Part shown: positions 39,417-48,080 of the stretch, in pieces
Layout: every line of letters begins with the position of its first letter
Numbering within the stretch: position 1 is the first letter of the stretch
NCBI GenBank assembly: GCA_965223415.1
Contig: OZ245002.1
Span: 3,910,242-3,974,241, forward strand
Length of the DNA stretch: 64,000 nt
Direction: 5' to 3'
From: Myxococcota bacterium
GTDB lineage: Bacteria > Myxococcota_A > UBA9160 > UBA6930
Notes under the pieces: model-generated
What the model was told of the DNA's origin: nothing
Databases searched by the model: none
What the model saw: only the letters and a program-made list of their open reading frames with translations
Translations under genes and position numbers: made by a program

Positions 39417-40941
39417 CCCTGATCCGGCATTGAGATCACGGATCCGAGCGTAGGTCTGGCGGGCTCACGCGGCGAGCGCGGTCTCGGCGGCCCGGATGGT
39501 GGAGCGGCTGCGCGAGGACGCGGCGATTCGGAGCGAAGCGCGTCCGGCAGGCCGAGCGATGCGGCCAGGGAGCTGGATCAGCTCGAAGCGGAGCGTGCGG
39601 AGCGAGGGGAAGCGGAGCCGGGCGGTCCGCTTTCGGCCGTTGGGTCGCTCTGGCAGGCCAAGCGTGGCTTGGAAGTCCCGCACCAGGTTGTGGGTCAGGG
39701 CACTGAGCAGCTGCCAGTTGCTGTTGGCGTCCCAGTCCTGGGTCGGGATGGTGGCGAACGCCAGGTGCTGTTTGAGCTCGGCCAGCGTCTTCTCGTGGCC
39801 GCCGCGTCCGGCCATGAAGGCCCAGACGGCGGCCTCGCTGGTCCGCTTGTTCGTCGCGACCATCGAGTACTCGTAGTGGCCATCGTCCGGGGTGAAGAGG
39901 TCGAGCTGGAAGTTCTTCGCGCTTCGCCCGGAGACCTTCTTGCGGAACACCACGATCCGCTCGCAGCGCTTCCACTGTGGGATCCGGTGGACGACGGAGA
40001 AGGCGTCGACGCTCGCGTTGACGCGGTGCCAACGCTTCCGGGCGGCGATCTTCTCACGCACGCCGAGCCAGCGCCACATGGGGACCTTGAGGGCGTACTC
40101 CACGCGAGAGGCCGTGAGAACCTCGAGAACGGCCTTCTGGAAGAAGGCGCCATCGAGCCGCACCTCGATCGGGACCCGATCGAGGCGCCGCTTCGCGTCG
40201 CCCAGGAGAAAGGCCAGCTTCTCCGCAGCGCCCACCGCATCGTTCACATTGCCCGGCCGGTTCCATACGCCGAGCAGCTGGCTCGTCTGCGCCAGGTGCG
40301 CCGTCAGCGGGTAGTAGGACGGGTCCTTCGGGTGATGTGGGTTGAAGCCGCGCTCGGCGCCGTCCACGTACTCGCCCGTCCGAAGCACGGTGCCGTCCAG
40401 CTCGATCGTGGCCCGCTCCAAGCCGAGCCCTGTGTGGGTTCCATAGGCCATGTCCCGCAGCAGTTCGTTCAGACGATCGCGGTAGCCCGACGTCAGCTCC
40501 TTCAGGTTCCTCGCCAGGGTCCGCTCGTCCGGAAGCCGCTGCAATCGGACGAACCGCCGAAACAACGGATCCCGATCGAGCACCCGGACATGCGAGAGAC
40601 GGCTCCCTCCCAGCAGCAGCATCCCCACCACCACCAGCATGCAGCGGAAGGATCCGTAGTCCGAGTCGAACGCCCGATCCGCAAAGGCCGCTTTCAGGCG
40701 CTCTGCCCAAAAGCGGTCGAAGAAGCGCCGGAACAGCTCCAGCCCGCCGTAGCTCGTCAGCGCCTCATCCGTGAAGGCGATCGACAATTCGCCCTTGACG
40801 CGGGCTCGAATCCGGTGTCTGCTTAGCTTCACGAATGTGGCTCCTCGGAGGCATGATGGTGGTTGGCACTTCCATCAAGCACACCGACGGAGCCACTTTC
40901 AATTCCGGGCTTTCCCTACACCTCGCAATGCCGGATCAGGG
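39417..40941 (-). mobile_element. IS1380-family insertion sequence with 16-bp TIRs and CTAG target duplication
   Basis: CCCTGATCCGGCATTG 39417-39432 and its reverse complement 40926-40941; CTAG at 39413-39416 and 40942-40945. Confidence 0.93.
39465..40832 (-). CDS. IS1380 DDE transposase
   Basis: LTSYGGL, IELDGT, SYYPL, RPGN, VRLDGAF, RGGHEK..ELK, TLRFELI. Confidence 0.92.
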   Translation of the reverse strand: MKLSRHRIRARVKGELSIAFTDEALTSYGGLELFRRFFDRFWAERLKAAFADRAFDSDYGSFRCMLVVVGMLLLGGSRLSHVRVLDRDPLFRRFVRLQRLPDERTLARNLKELTSGYRDRLNELLRDMAYGTHTGLGLERATIELDGTVLRTGEYVDGAERGFNPHHPKDPSYYPLTAHLAQTSQLLGVWNRPGNVNDAVGAAEKLAFLLGDAKRRLDRVPIEVRLDGAFFQKAVLEVLTASRVEYALKVPMWRWLGVREKIAARKRWHRVNASVDAFSVVHRIPQWKRCERIVVFRKKVSGRSAKNFQLDLFTPDDGHYEYSMVATNKRTSEAAVWAFMAGRGGHEKTLAELKQHLAFATIPTQDWDANSNWQLLSALTHNLVRDFQATLGLPERPNGRKRTARLRFPSLRTLRFELIQLPGRIARPAGRASLRIAASSRSRSTIRAAETALAA

Positions 40942-41562
40942 CTAGCTCTCGCCCTCGATCGCCCGGGCCGCTTCGTCGAATGCGGCCGAGAGCTCGTCGT
41001 ATCCTCGGGTGACCGGGAACTGGGGGAACTCGCGGATCACGTTGTCCGGCGGGCGGAACAGGATGCCGCGATCGGCCTCGCCGAGCATGGTCGTGTCGTT
41101 GTAGGAATCGCCGGCCGCGATCGTCTGGAAGTTGAGGGAGCGGAAGGCCTGGACGGCCTTGCGCTTCGGGTCCTGCTGGCGCAGGTGGTAGTTCGCGATC
41201 CGGCCGTCGCCTGCGATCTCGAGATCGTGACAGAAGAGGGTGGGCCAGCCGAGCTGCTGCATCAGCGGCTTGGCGAACTGGTAGAAGGTGTCCGAGAGGA
41301 TCACGACCTGCATGCGCGCCCGCAGCCGGTCCAGGAACGCGCCGGCGCCCTCCAGGGGCGTGAGGCCGGCGATGACCTCCTGGATGTCGGCGATGCCGAG
41401 GCCGTTCGTCTCCAGGATGCCGAGCCGGCGGGTCATCAGCTCGTCGTAGTCCGGGATGTCGCGGGTGGTGAGACGCAGCTCCTCGACGCCCGTTCGCTCG
41501 GCCACGCCGATCCAGATCTCGGGAACGAGGACCCCTTCGAGGTCCAGGCAAGCGATGATCAT
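40942..41562 (-). CDS. thrH: Phosphoserine phosphatase / homoserine phosphotransferase ThrH
   Basis: [44 protein letters not shown]. Confidence 0.95.
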   Translation of the reverse strand: MIIACLDLEGVLVPEIWIGVAERTGVEELRLTTRDIPDYDELMTRRLGILETNGLGIADIQEVIAGLTPLEGAGAFLDRLRARMQVVILSDTFYQFAKPLMQQLGWPTLFCHDLEIAGDGRIANYHLRQQDPKRKAVQAFRSLNFQTIAAGDSYNDTTMLGEADRGILFRPPDNVIREFPQFPVTRGYDELSAAFDEAARAIEGES

Positions 41563-41571
41563 GGCGGCGGC

Positions 41572-43113
41572 CTACTCGGGAGCCGGGCCGGGGAACTGCT
41601 CGCGCAGGATCCGCTTCAGGATCTTCCCCGTCGGGTTGCGGGGGATCTCGTCTATGAAGTGCACGCTCCTCGGCTGCTTGAAGCGGGCGAGCTTGGTCTG
41701 ACAAAACTGGATGACGTCGTCCTCCGTGACCTGCGTGTCCGGCTTGCGGACCACGATGGCGGCCGCGGATTCTCCCCACTTCGGTGACGGCATGCCAATC
41801 ACGGCCACGTCGGCCACGTCCGGATGGGCGGAGATCGCGTTCTCCACCTCGGCCGGGTACACGTTCTCGCCGCCGGAGATGATCATGTCCTTCTTCCGGT
41901 CCTGGATGTAGACGAAGCCCTCCTTGTCGATGGTCGCCAGGTCGCCGGAGTGGAGCCAGCCGCCCTGGATCGTCTCCGCCGTGGCGTCGGGCCGGTTCCA
42001 GTACTCCTTCATCAGGTGGCGGCCGCGGATGATCACCTCGCCGATCTCGCCGGGGGCCACGTCGCGCCGGGCCTCGTCGACCACGCGCACGTCGGTGTGG
42101 AAGAAGGCCGGGCCCGTGGAGCCGGCCTTGGCGATGGCGGCCTCCGGGCTGATCAGGCAGGCGGGGCCGCCGGTCTCGGTGAGGCCGTAGACCTGGTGGA
42201 TCTCGGTGCCGAGCTCCGCGTACTGCTCGATCAGCGGGACCGGCACGGGCGCGGCACCGGACATGAACCAGCGCAGGGTGGAGCGGTCGTGCTGGCCGTG
42301 GTTGCCCGCCGCGAGCATGAAGCGGAGCATCGCGGGTACGGCGAGGCCGACGGTGATCTGCTCGCGTTCGATCACGGGGAAGACCTGGGAAGGGTCGAAG
42401 GCGCGCATCAGCACCAGAGCCATGCCACGGTGGATGCCCGAGGTCAGCGGCGTCAGCGCACCCACGTGGAAGAGCGGCAGCATCTGCAGGTAGCGATCGT
42501 CGAGCCGCATGTCCGCGGTCATGTTGATCGTCGTGGACGCCCACAGCATCGAGCTGTGGGTATGCACCGCGCCCTTGGGGAGGCCCGTCGTGCCCGAGGT
42601 GTACATGATGAAGAGGAGGTCGTCGCCTTCGGCGGCGATCTCGGGCTCGGCGTCGCTCGCGTCCGAGGTGAGTGCGTCGTAGCTCTGGGCGAAGCCCGCA
42701 GCGTCGCCCGGGCCGCCCGCGCGGATCCAGGTGCCGACGGGGGTGTCGCCTGCGTGAAGGGCCGCTGCGGCGTCGTCGAACTCCTGGTCGAAGAGGAGCA
42801 CGGTCGATCCGGAATCGCCGAGGATGAACGACAGCTCGTCGGGGACGAGGCGCCAGTTGAGGGGCACCATCACCGCGCCGATCTTGGCGATGGCGAAGTA
42901 GGCCTCGACGTACTCGACGCCGTTCATCATCAGCACGGCGACCCGGTCGCCCTTGCCCGTGCCCTGATCGCGCAGGACGTGGGCGAGGCGGTTCGCGCGG
43001 GCGTTCAGCTCGCCGTAGCGGAACCGACGGCCCCGCTCGAGCTCGATCAGGGCCTCCCGGTCGGGGCCGAGGGCGGCGCGCTTGGTCAGGAAGAGTCCGA
43101 GATTCTCACGCAT
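41572..43113 (-). CDS. Long-chain-fatty-acid--CoA ligase
   Basis: YTSGTTGLPKG, YGLTE, WLHSGDLA, DRKKDMIISGGENVYP, PRNPTGK. Confidence 0.93.
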   Translation of the reverse strand: MRENLGLFLTKRAALGPDREALIELERGRRFRYGELNARANRLAHVLRDQGTGKGDRVAVLMMNGVEYVEAYFAIAKIGAVMVPLNWRLVPDELSFILGDSGSTVLLFDQEFDDAAAALHAGDTPVGTWIRAGGPGDAAGFAQSYDALTSDASDAEPEIAAEGDDLLFIMYTSGTTGLPKGAVHTHSSMLWASTTINMTADMRLDDRYLQMLPLFHVGALTPLTSGIHRGMALVLMRAFDPSQVFPVIEREQITVGLAVPAMLRFMLAAGNHGQHDRSTLRWFMSGAAPVPVPLIEQYAELGTEIHQVYGLTETGGPACLISPEAAIAKAGSTGPAFFHTDVRVVDEARRDVAPGEIGEVIIRGRHLMKEYWNRPDATAETIQGGWLHSGDLATIDKEGFVYIQDRKKDMIISGGENVYPAEVENAISAHPDVADVAVIGMPSPKWGESAAAIVVRKPDTQVTEDDVIQFCQTKLARFKQPRSVHFIDEIPRNPTGKILKRILREQFPGPAPE

Positions 43114-43162
43114 GGGGGCATTATTCTTCGTGCGGCTGGGAAGGGGAAGGGGGGAGCGAGGC

Positions 43163-43945
43163 ATGCAGCCGCTCGAGGCGGTGTGGCTGGGGATCGTGCA
43201 GGGGTTGACCGAGTTCTTCCCGGTCTCGAGCTCCGGCCACCTGGTGATCGCCGAGACCCTGCTCGGCCACCTGGGCGAGGGCGTGCTCTTCGAGATCGCC
43301 GTCCACGTCGGCACGCTGATGGCGATCCTCGTCTTCTACCGGGAGCGGATCGCCGGGCTCCTGACCGGCCTGCTGGCCCGGGAGAGCGAGGCCTGGGTGT
43401 ATTCGGGAAAGCTGGCCCTGGCGACGTTGCCGGCCGTGGTGGCCGGACTCCTGGCCAAGCCCTTCATCGAATCGCTGTTCGAGAGCCCGCCGGTGGTGGT
43501 GGGGACGCTGGCGGCGACGGGGGCGTTCCTGCTCACCATTCGATTCACCCAGCCACAGGCCGCCGCGCCGGCGCCGAGCTGGTCCCAGGCCTTCTGGATC
43601 GGCTGCGCCCAGATGCTGGCGATCGCGCCGGGGATCTCGCGCAGCGGCGCCACCGTCGCCGCGGCCCTGGCGCTGGGCGTGGCCCCGCTGGCGGCCACCG
43701 AGTTCTCGTTCCTGATGGCGGTGGCAGCCATCACCGGCGCTGCGGTGCTGGCGCTCCCGGAGGCGAACGCCGCCGACGCGAGCACGCTCTGGGCCTGCGC
43801 CATCGGCGCCCTCGCCGCCGCCGCATCGGGCCTGCTGGCGCTGCGCGGCTTCGTGCGCCTGCTCGAGAGCCAGCGCTTCCACCTCTTCGCCTACTACTGC
43901 TTCGCCGCCGCCGCCGCCTTCGGGACGTACCTGCTGTCAAGTTAG
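43163..43945 (+). CDS. uppP: Undecaprenyl-diphosphate phosphatase
   Basis: GIVQGLTEFFPVSSSGHL, PGISRSG, EFSFL. Confidence 0.96.
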   Translation: MQPLEAVWLGIVQGLTEFFPVSSSGHLVIAETLLGHLGEGVLFEIAVHVGTLMAILVFYRERIAGLLTGLLARESEAWVYSGKLALATLPAVVAGLLAKPFIESLFESPPVVVGTLAATGAFLLTIRFTQPQAAAPAPSWSQAFWIGCAQMLAIAPGISRSGATVAAALALGVAPLAATEFSFLMAVAAITGAAVLALPEANAADASTLWACAIGALAAAASGLLALRGFVRLLESQRFHLFAYYCFAAAAAFGTYLLSS

Positions 43946-43963
43946 GTTCCTGGAACCCAACTT
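43939..43963. terminator. Hairpin between convergent uppP and sigma genes
   Basis: AAGTTAGGTTCC-T-GGAACCCAACTT, one mismatch. Confidence 0.5.
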
Positions 43964-43981
43964 AACGAATCGAGTCGGCGG

Positions 43982-45358
43982 CTAGGGCTCAAGGATGGGG
44001 TGGAGGCGCTGGGCCGGCATGGTGTCGCGCAGCTTCTTGAGGGCGCGGGCCTCGAGCTGGCGGACGCGCTCACGGGAGAGCCCGAGGCTCTGGCCGATCT
44101 GCTCGAGGGTGTGCTCCTCCTCGCCGCCGAGGCCGTAGCGCAGGCGCAGGATCAGCTGCTCGCGGTCGGAGAGGGCGCCGATCAGGTGGCCGACCCCGGA
44201 GCGCATGCGGTCGTCGTCGATGCCGCCGTCGGGGATCTCGGCACCGGCGTCGGCGACGAAGTCCTCGAGCCGCTTCTCGGTGCCCGCCACCGACGACTCC
44301 AGCGAGATGGCCTCGCGGCTGAGCCGGTCGAGGGCCTCGAGGCTCTCGGTGTCGGTGCCGAGGGCCGGGGCCAGCTCGGCGGGCGTCGGCTCGCGGCCCA
44401 GCTTGCCCGTCAGCTCGGCCTTCACGCGCTGGCTCCGCTGGAGCCGATCGTGCACGTGGGAGGGCAAGCGGATCGTGCGGGAGTGGTTCTGGATGGCCCG
44501 CACCAGGGCCTGGCGGATCCACCACACCGCGTAGGTCGAGAATTTGAACCCGCGTCGGTGATCGAACTTCTCGACGGCGCGGATCAGCCCCAGGTTCCCC
44601 TCCTGGATCAGGTCGGGGAAGGAGAGGCCCAGGTTCCGGTAGTCCTTGGCGATGGCGACGACCAGCTTCAGGTTGTGCTCGATGAAGCGGTTCTTGACGG
44701 CGGTGAGCCGATCCTGGGCCGCTTCCACATCGTTCCAGCGGGACGAGAACGTGGTCTTGTCGTGGCCCGCGTGGATCTCGAGCTCCTTCAGCCGGCGGCT
44801 GCCCTTGCGGGCCCGGCGCATGTTGCGGCCGAGCCGCCGCACGTCCTCGCGAAGCTCGGCGAGCACCGCGAGGGAGAGCTGGGCGTTGTCCATCTCGGTC
44901 GCGATGCCACGATCGGCGCGCGTCCACTGGGCCTTCGGCGAGCGGGTGTTGAGGCCGTCGCGCCGCTTCACGTGGCGGCGCAAGCGGGTGACGGCCGCTT
45001 CCACCCGGGCCGCGATCTCGCCCGTGTCCTCGTCGCCGGCGGACTCGGAGAGCTTCGCGCCGGTATGGGACATGGCGCGCAGGGAATCCCAGCGGTCGAT
45101 CACGAAACGCGCGCAGGACGGGATGGCGTAGAGGGCGGCCCGCAGCTGGGCCGTGGCGGCCTCCAGCTCCTTCGCCAGCACGACCTCTTCCTCACGCTTC
45201 AGCGTGCGGGTTCCGCCGATTTCCTGGAAGTAGGACTCGAGGGGGCGCCGCTCGCGGGCGGCGTCGTGCTCTTCGATGGGGAGGGCGGGCTTGGCACCCT
45301 TCGCCGCCCGAGCGGGCTCGGTCGGCGTGGTGGCGGGGGCTCGCGTGGTCTCGTCCAA
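43982..45358 (-). CDS. Sigma-70 factor, RpoD/RpoS-like without region 1.1
   Basis: [68 protein letters not shown]; TTG start with AAGGAG. Confidence 0.92.
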   Translation of the reverse strand: MDETTRAPATTPTEPARAAKGAKPALPIEEHDAARERRPLESYFQEIGGTRTLKREEEVVLAKELEAATAQLRAALYAIPSCARFVIDRWDSLRAMSHTGAKLSESAGDEDTGEIAARVEAAVTRLRRHVKRRDGLNTRSPKAQWTRADRGIATEMDNAQLSLAVLAELREDVRRLGRNMRRARKGSRRLKELEIHAGHDKTTFSSRWNDVEAAQDRLTAVKNRFIEHNLKLVVAIAKDYRNLGLSFPDLIQEGNLGLIRAVEKFDHRRGFKFSTYAVWWIRQALVRAIQNHSRTIRLPSHVHDRLQRSQRVKAELTGKLGREPTPAELAPALGTDTESLEALDRLSREAISLESSVAGTEKRLEDFVADAGAEIPDGGIDDDRMRSGVGHLIGALSDREQLILRLRYGLGGEEEHTLEQIGQSLGLSRERVRQLEARALKKLRDTMPAQRLHPILEP

Positions 45359-45710
45359 GGTCGGAGGCTCCTTGCAGGTCGGGGAGGGGGGGGAGGCGAT
45401 CGAAGGGTCGGGTGGCCGAAGGCGTGCGCCTCCGACCAGGGGCACCGGCGGAGAGCTACACGAGGCCCTCCGGGGCGGCAGGGGGGAAGATCGCGGTCCT
45501 CATGATCTCTGGGATCTGGCTCCGGCTCGCTGGGCGCGCTCGCCCCGGGGGAGATGACTCGAAGTCGGCCAGGGCAGGCGATCCGATATCTTCTTACGTC
45601 CTTCCTCGCATTTCCAGAACTTTCTTCGACGTCGATGTCAATTCCGGTCCCGCGGGGGTACCTCGCCACGGTCCCGGCTCGCAGCAGCGGCCCCAACTGA
45701 CCGGGATTCC

Positions 45711-46130
45711 TCACGGGACGACGAAGATCAGCTCCAGTCCCAGATCCGCGACCCGGAACGGAACCGAGGCGAAACGGGCCGACACATGGCGCGTCCGGCC
45801 CCGTGAGATTCCCCCGAATGGGAGCCGGCCGCTCCGTTGCTCCCCGCCGGGGCCGTACAGAATGACCCGTAGCATCCCCTGCTCGAGATCCCGGGAGCTG
45901 CCGTTGGTGAGGGTGAGGTCGATCCGCAGCTCCTCTCCGACCCGCTCGACGTCCCCCGGGCGCCAGGTGAGCTCACCACTGCGGGGATGGCTCGACCGGG
46001 TCAACGGAGTTCCGTGCCCGCGCTCTTCCAGGGTCTCGTAGGGAAGGGTGGCGACGCCGCAGCTTGGGAGCAGGCCGAGCAGCACGACCAAGACGGCCAA
46101 GCGACGCGCGAGCGCGGGCATGCGAGCCAT
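45711..46130 (-). CDS. Putative lipoprotein (Ig-like beta-rich domain)
   Basis: Signal peptide RRLAVLVVLLGLLPS-C lipobox-like; IDLTLTNGS. Confidence 0.65.
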   Translation of the reverse strand: MARMPALARRLAVLVVLLGLLPSCGVATLPYETLEERGHGTPLTRSSHPRSGELTWRPGDVERVGEELRIDLTLTNGSSRDLEQGMLRVILYGPGGEQRSGRLPFGGISRGRTRHVSARFASVPFRVADLGLELIFVVP

Positions 46131-46177
46131 CCTACCTCCAGCCCGGGCTCGGTTGACGCCCATTGCGGGCCGCGGTA

Positions 46178-46195
46178 GTACTGACCAGTCAGTAC
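46178..46195. promoter_or_regulatory. Palindrome GTACTGAC-N2-GTCAGTAC, probable TetR operator
   Basis: Perfect 8-bp arms upstream of TetR-RND operon; TTGACG at 46153 as candidate -35. Confidence 0.75.
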
Positions 46196-46221
46196 CGCTC
46201 GCGCCCCGAGCCGCTCGCTTC

Positions 46222-46899
46222 GTGCCCAGCCCCGAACCCGATCCTAACGGCGCACCCGCTCGGCCGCCGCGCGCGCCGGCCGGCGAGCGGCGTCGCCAGA
46301 TCCTGGCGGCCGCCCGGGAGGTGAGCCTCGAGCGGGGTCTCGCCGCCGTGCGTATGGAACAGATCGCCGCGCGGGCCCGGGTCTCCAAGGGCACCCTCTA
46401 CAACCACTTCGAGAGCAAGGAAGATCTCCTGCTCGCGATGCTGGAGGACCGGCTCGCCCTCGGCACCGAGATCGTCGCCCGGGCCGTCGGCACCGAGCCC
46501 GACCCGGCCCGTGCCCTCGAGCGCACCCTCGACGGTCTGGTCCAGCTGATCGGTGTCCAGGCCCAGACGACCTCGCTGCTCTACCAGGCCTGGGCCCTGG
46601 TGGCCGACGCGCCGCCGCTGCAGCAGCGGCTGGAGGAGGCGCTGCGGCGCTTCTTCCAGCTCTGGGCCCGCAGCACCCACCAGAACCTCCAGGTCGGCCA
46701 GGCCGCCGGTGCGTTCCGGGCGGACGCGGACGCGGAGGCGTTCAGCGCGGCGCTTCTCGCCCTGGTCTCCGGCTTCATCTTCCGCGGCGCCTTCGATCCG
46801 GGCGCGATCGAGCCCGCCGCCCTGCGCGCCGCCTTCCAGGCCCTCGTGGCCGACCAATTGCTCGCCGAGCCCGCCGCCCGCTCCGGAGGACCCCGATGA
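46222..46899 (+). CDS. TetR/AcrR regulator of the RND operon
   Basis: RRQILAAA, MEQIAARARVSKGTLYNHFESKEDLL. Confidence 0.93.
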   Translation: MPSPEPDPNGAPARPPRAPAGERRRQILAAAREVSLERGLAAVRMEQIAARARVSKGTLYNHFESKEDLLLAMLEDRLALGTEIVARAVGTEPDPARALERTLDGLVQLIGVQAQTTSLLYQAWALVADAPPLQQRLEEALRRFFQLWARSTHQNLQVGQAAGAFRADADAEAFSAALLALVSGFIFRGAFDPGAIEPAALRAAFQALVADQLLAEPAARSGGPR

Positions 46900-48080
46900 A
46901 CGAGCCCCTGGCTTCCCGCGCACCGGCCGCACGCGCGCGCTGGATCTTCCTCGGCGCGGCGGGCCTGCTGCTGCTCGGGACCTTCGCGCTCTTCGGCTCG
47001 GCCCCGGAGCCCGAGCGCGAGGGAGCCGCCCGCACCGACGCGAGCGCGGTGGCCGTGTCGATCTGGACCGTCGCGCCCCGGCCACTGGCCCGCACGACCC
47101 GCCTCTCCGGCGTCGTCGAGGCGCGCCGGCGGGTGGAGCTCTTCGCCGAGGTGGGCGGCCGCGTCACCGAGCTCGGCGCCGAAGAGCTCGACCAGGTCGA
47201 GGCCGACCAGCTGCTGGTGCAGCTGGATCCCCTGCTGACGGAGGTCGCGGTCGAGCGTGCCCTGGCCTCGGTGGCGCGTGTCGAGAGCCAGCTGGCCTTG
47301 GCCGAGAGCGAGCGCAAACGCTTCGAGAGCCTGGCGACCCGCGACGCCGCCAGCGCGTCGCGGCGCGATCAGGCCGTGAACGCCCAGAAGGTGGCGGCGG
47401 CGAACCTGCGCGAAGCCCGTGCGAACCTCTCCCAGGCCCGGGACCAGCTCGCAAAGAAGACGATCCGCGCGCCGTTCGCCGGCGTGCTCCAAGGCTTCCC
47501 GGTCGAGCGCGGCGAGGTGCTCCAGCCCGGCGAGCGGGTGGGCGAGCTGCTCGACCTGACCACCGCGCGGCTCGAGCTCGGCGTGACGGACCGCGAGATC
47601 GTGACGGTCGATACGGGCGCCGAGGTGAGCGTCGAGCTCGAGGCCTACCCGGGCGAGACCCTCGAAGGGCGAGTGATCCGGGTCGGTGCGGCCGCTGACG
47701 TCACGAGCCGCAAGTTCCCCGTCGAGGTCGAGCTCGAGAATCCGGAGCGACGGATCCTGCCCGGGATGATCGCCCGGGTCCGTCTCGGTCTCGGCCCGCC
47801 GACGCCGGTCCGGGCGCTGCCGCGGGACGCGACCCTCGACCAGTACGGCGTGCGCCTCGTGTACGTCGTCGAAGAAGGGGAGGGCGGCACCGTCGTGCGC
47901 CAGCGCCGGGTCGAGCTGCGGGACATTCCCTTCCAGCCCGAGGAGGTGGAGGTTGTCTCCGGCCTCCGCGACGGAGAGCGGGTGGCGGTGAGCGGGATCC
48001 GCGAGCTCCGCGACGGCGCCTCGGTGCGGGTGCGGGGCGAAGCCTCGGTCGCCCGCGCCGCCGAGGAGGAAGGCGCATGA
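46896..48080 (+). CDS. RND efflux periplasmic adaptor (MFP)
   Basis: N-terminal TM, AEVGGRV, IRAPFAG, ILPGMIARV, SGLRDGERV. Confidence 0.92.
   Translation: MNEPLASRAPAARARWIFLGAAGLLLLGTFALFGSAPEPEREGAARTDASAVAVSIWTVAPRPLARTTRLSGVVEARRRVELFAEVGGRVTELGAEELDQVEADQLLVQLDPLLTEVAVERALASVARVESQLALAESERKRFESLATRDAASASRRDQAVNAQKVAAANLREARANLSQARDQLAKKTIRAPFAGVLQGFPVERGEVLQPGERVGELLDLTTARLELGVTDREIVTVDTGAEVSVELEAYPGETLEGRVIRVGAAADVTSRKFPVEVELENPERRILPGMIARVRLGLGPPTPVRALPRDATLDQYGVRLVYVVEEGEGGTVVRQRRVELRDIPFQPEEVEVVSGLRDGERVAVSGIRELRDGASVRVRGEASVARAAEEEGA

Noticed and set aside
45614-45641. TTGACATCGACGTCGAAGAAAG (minus) upstream of the sigma gene as a third copy of the damage box
   Set aside because: Shares TTGAC and CGAAGAAAG, but spacing is off by 2 and the second CGAA is missing
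45359-45710. 350-nt region upstream of the sigma factor as a riboswitch or sRNA
   Set aside because: No recognisable conserved motif; a covariance search would be needed
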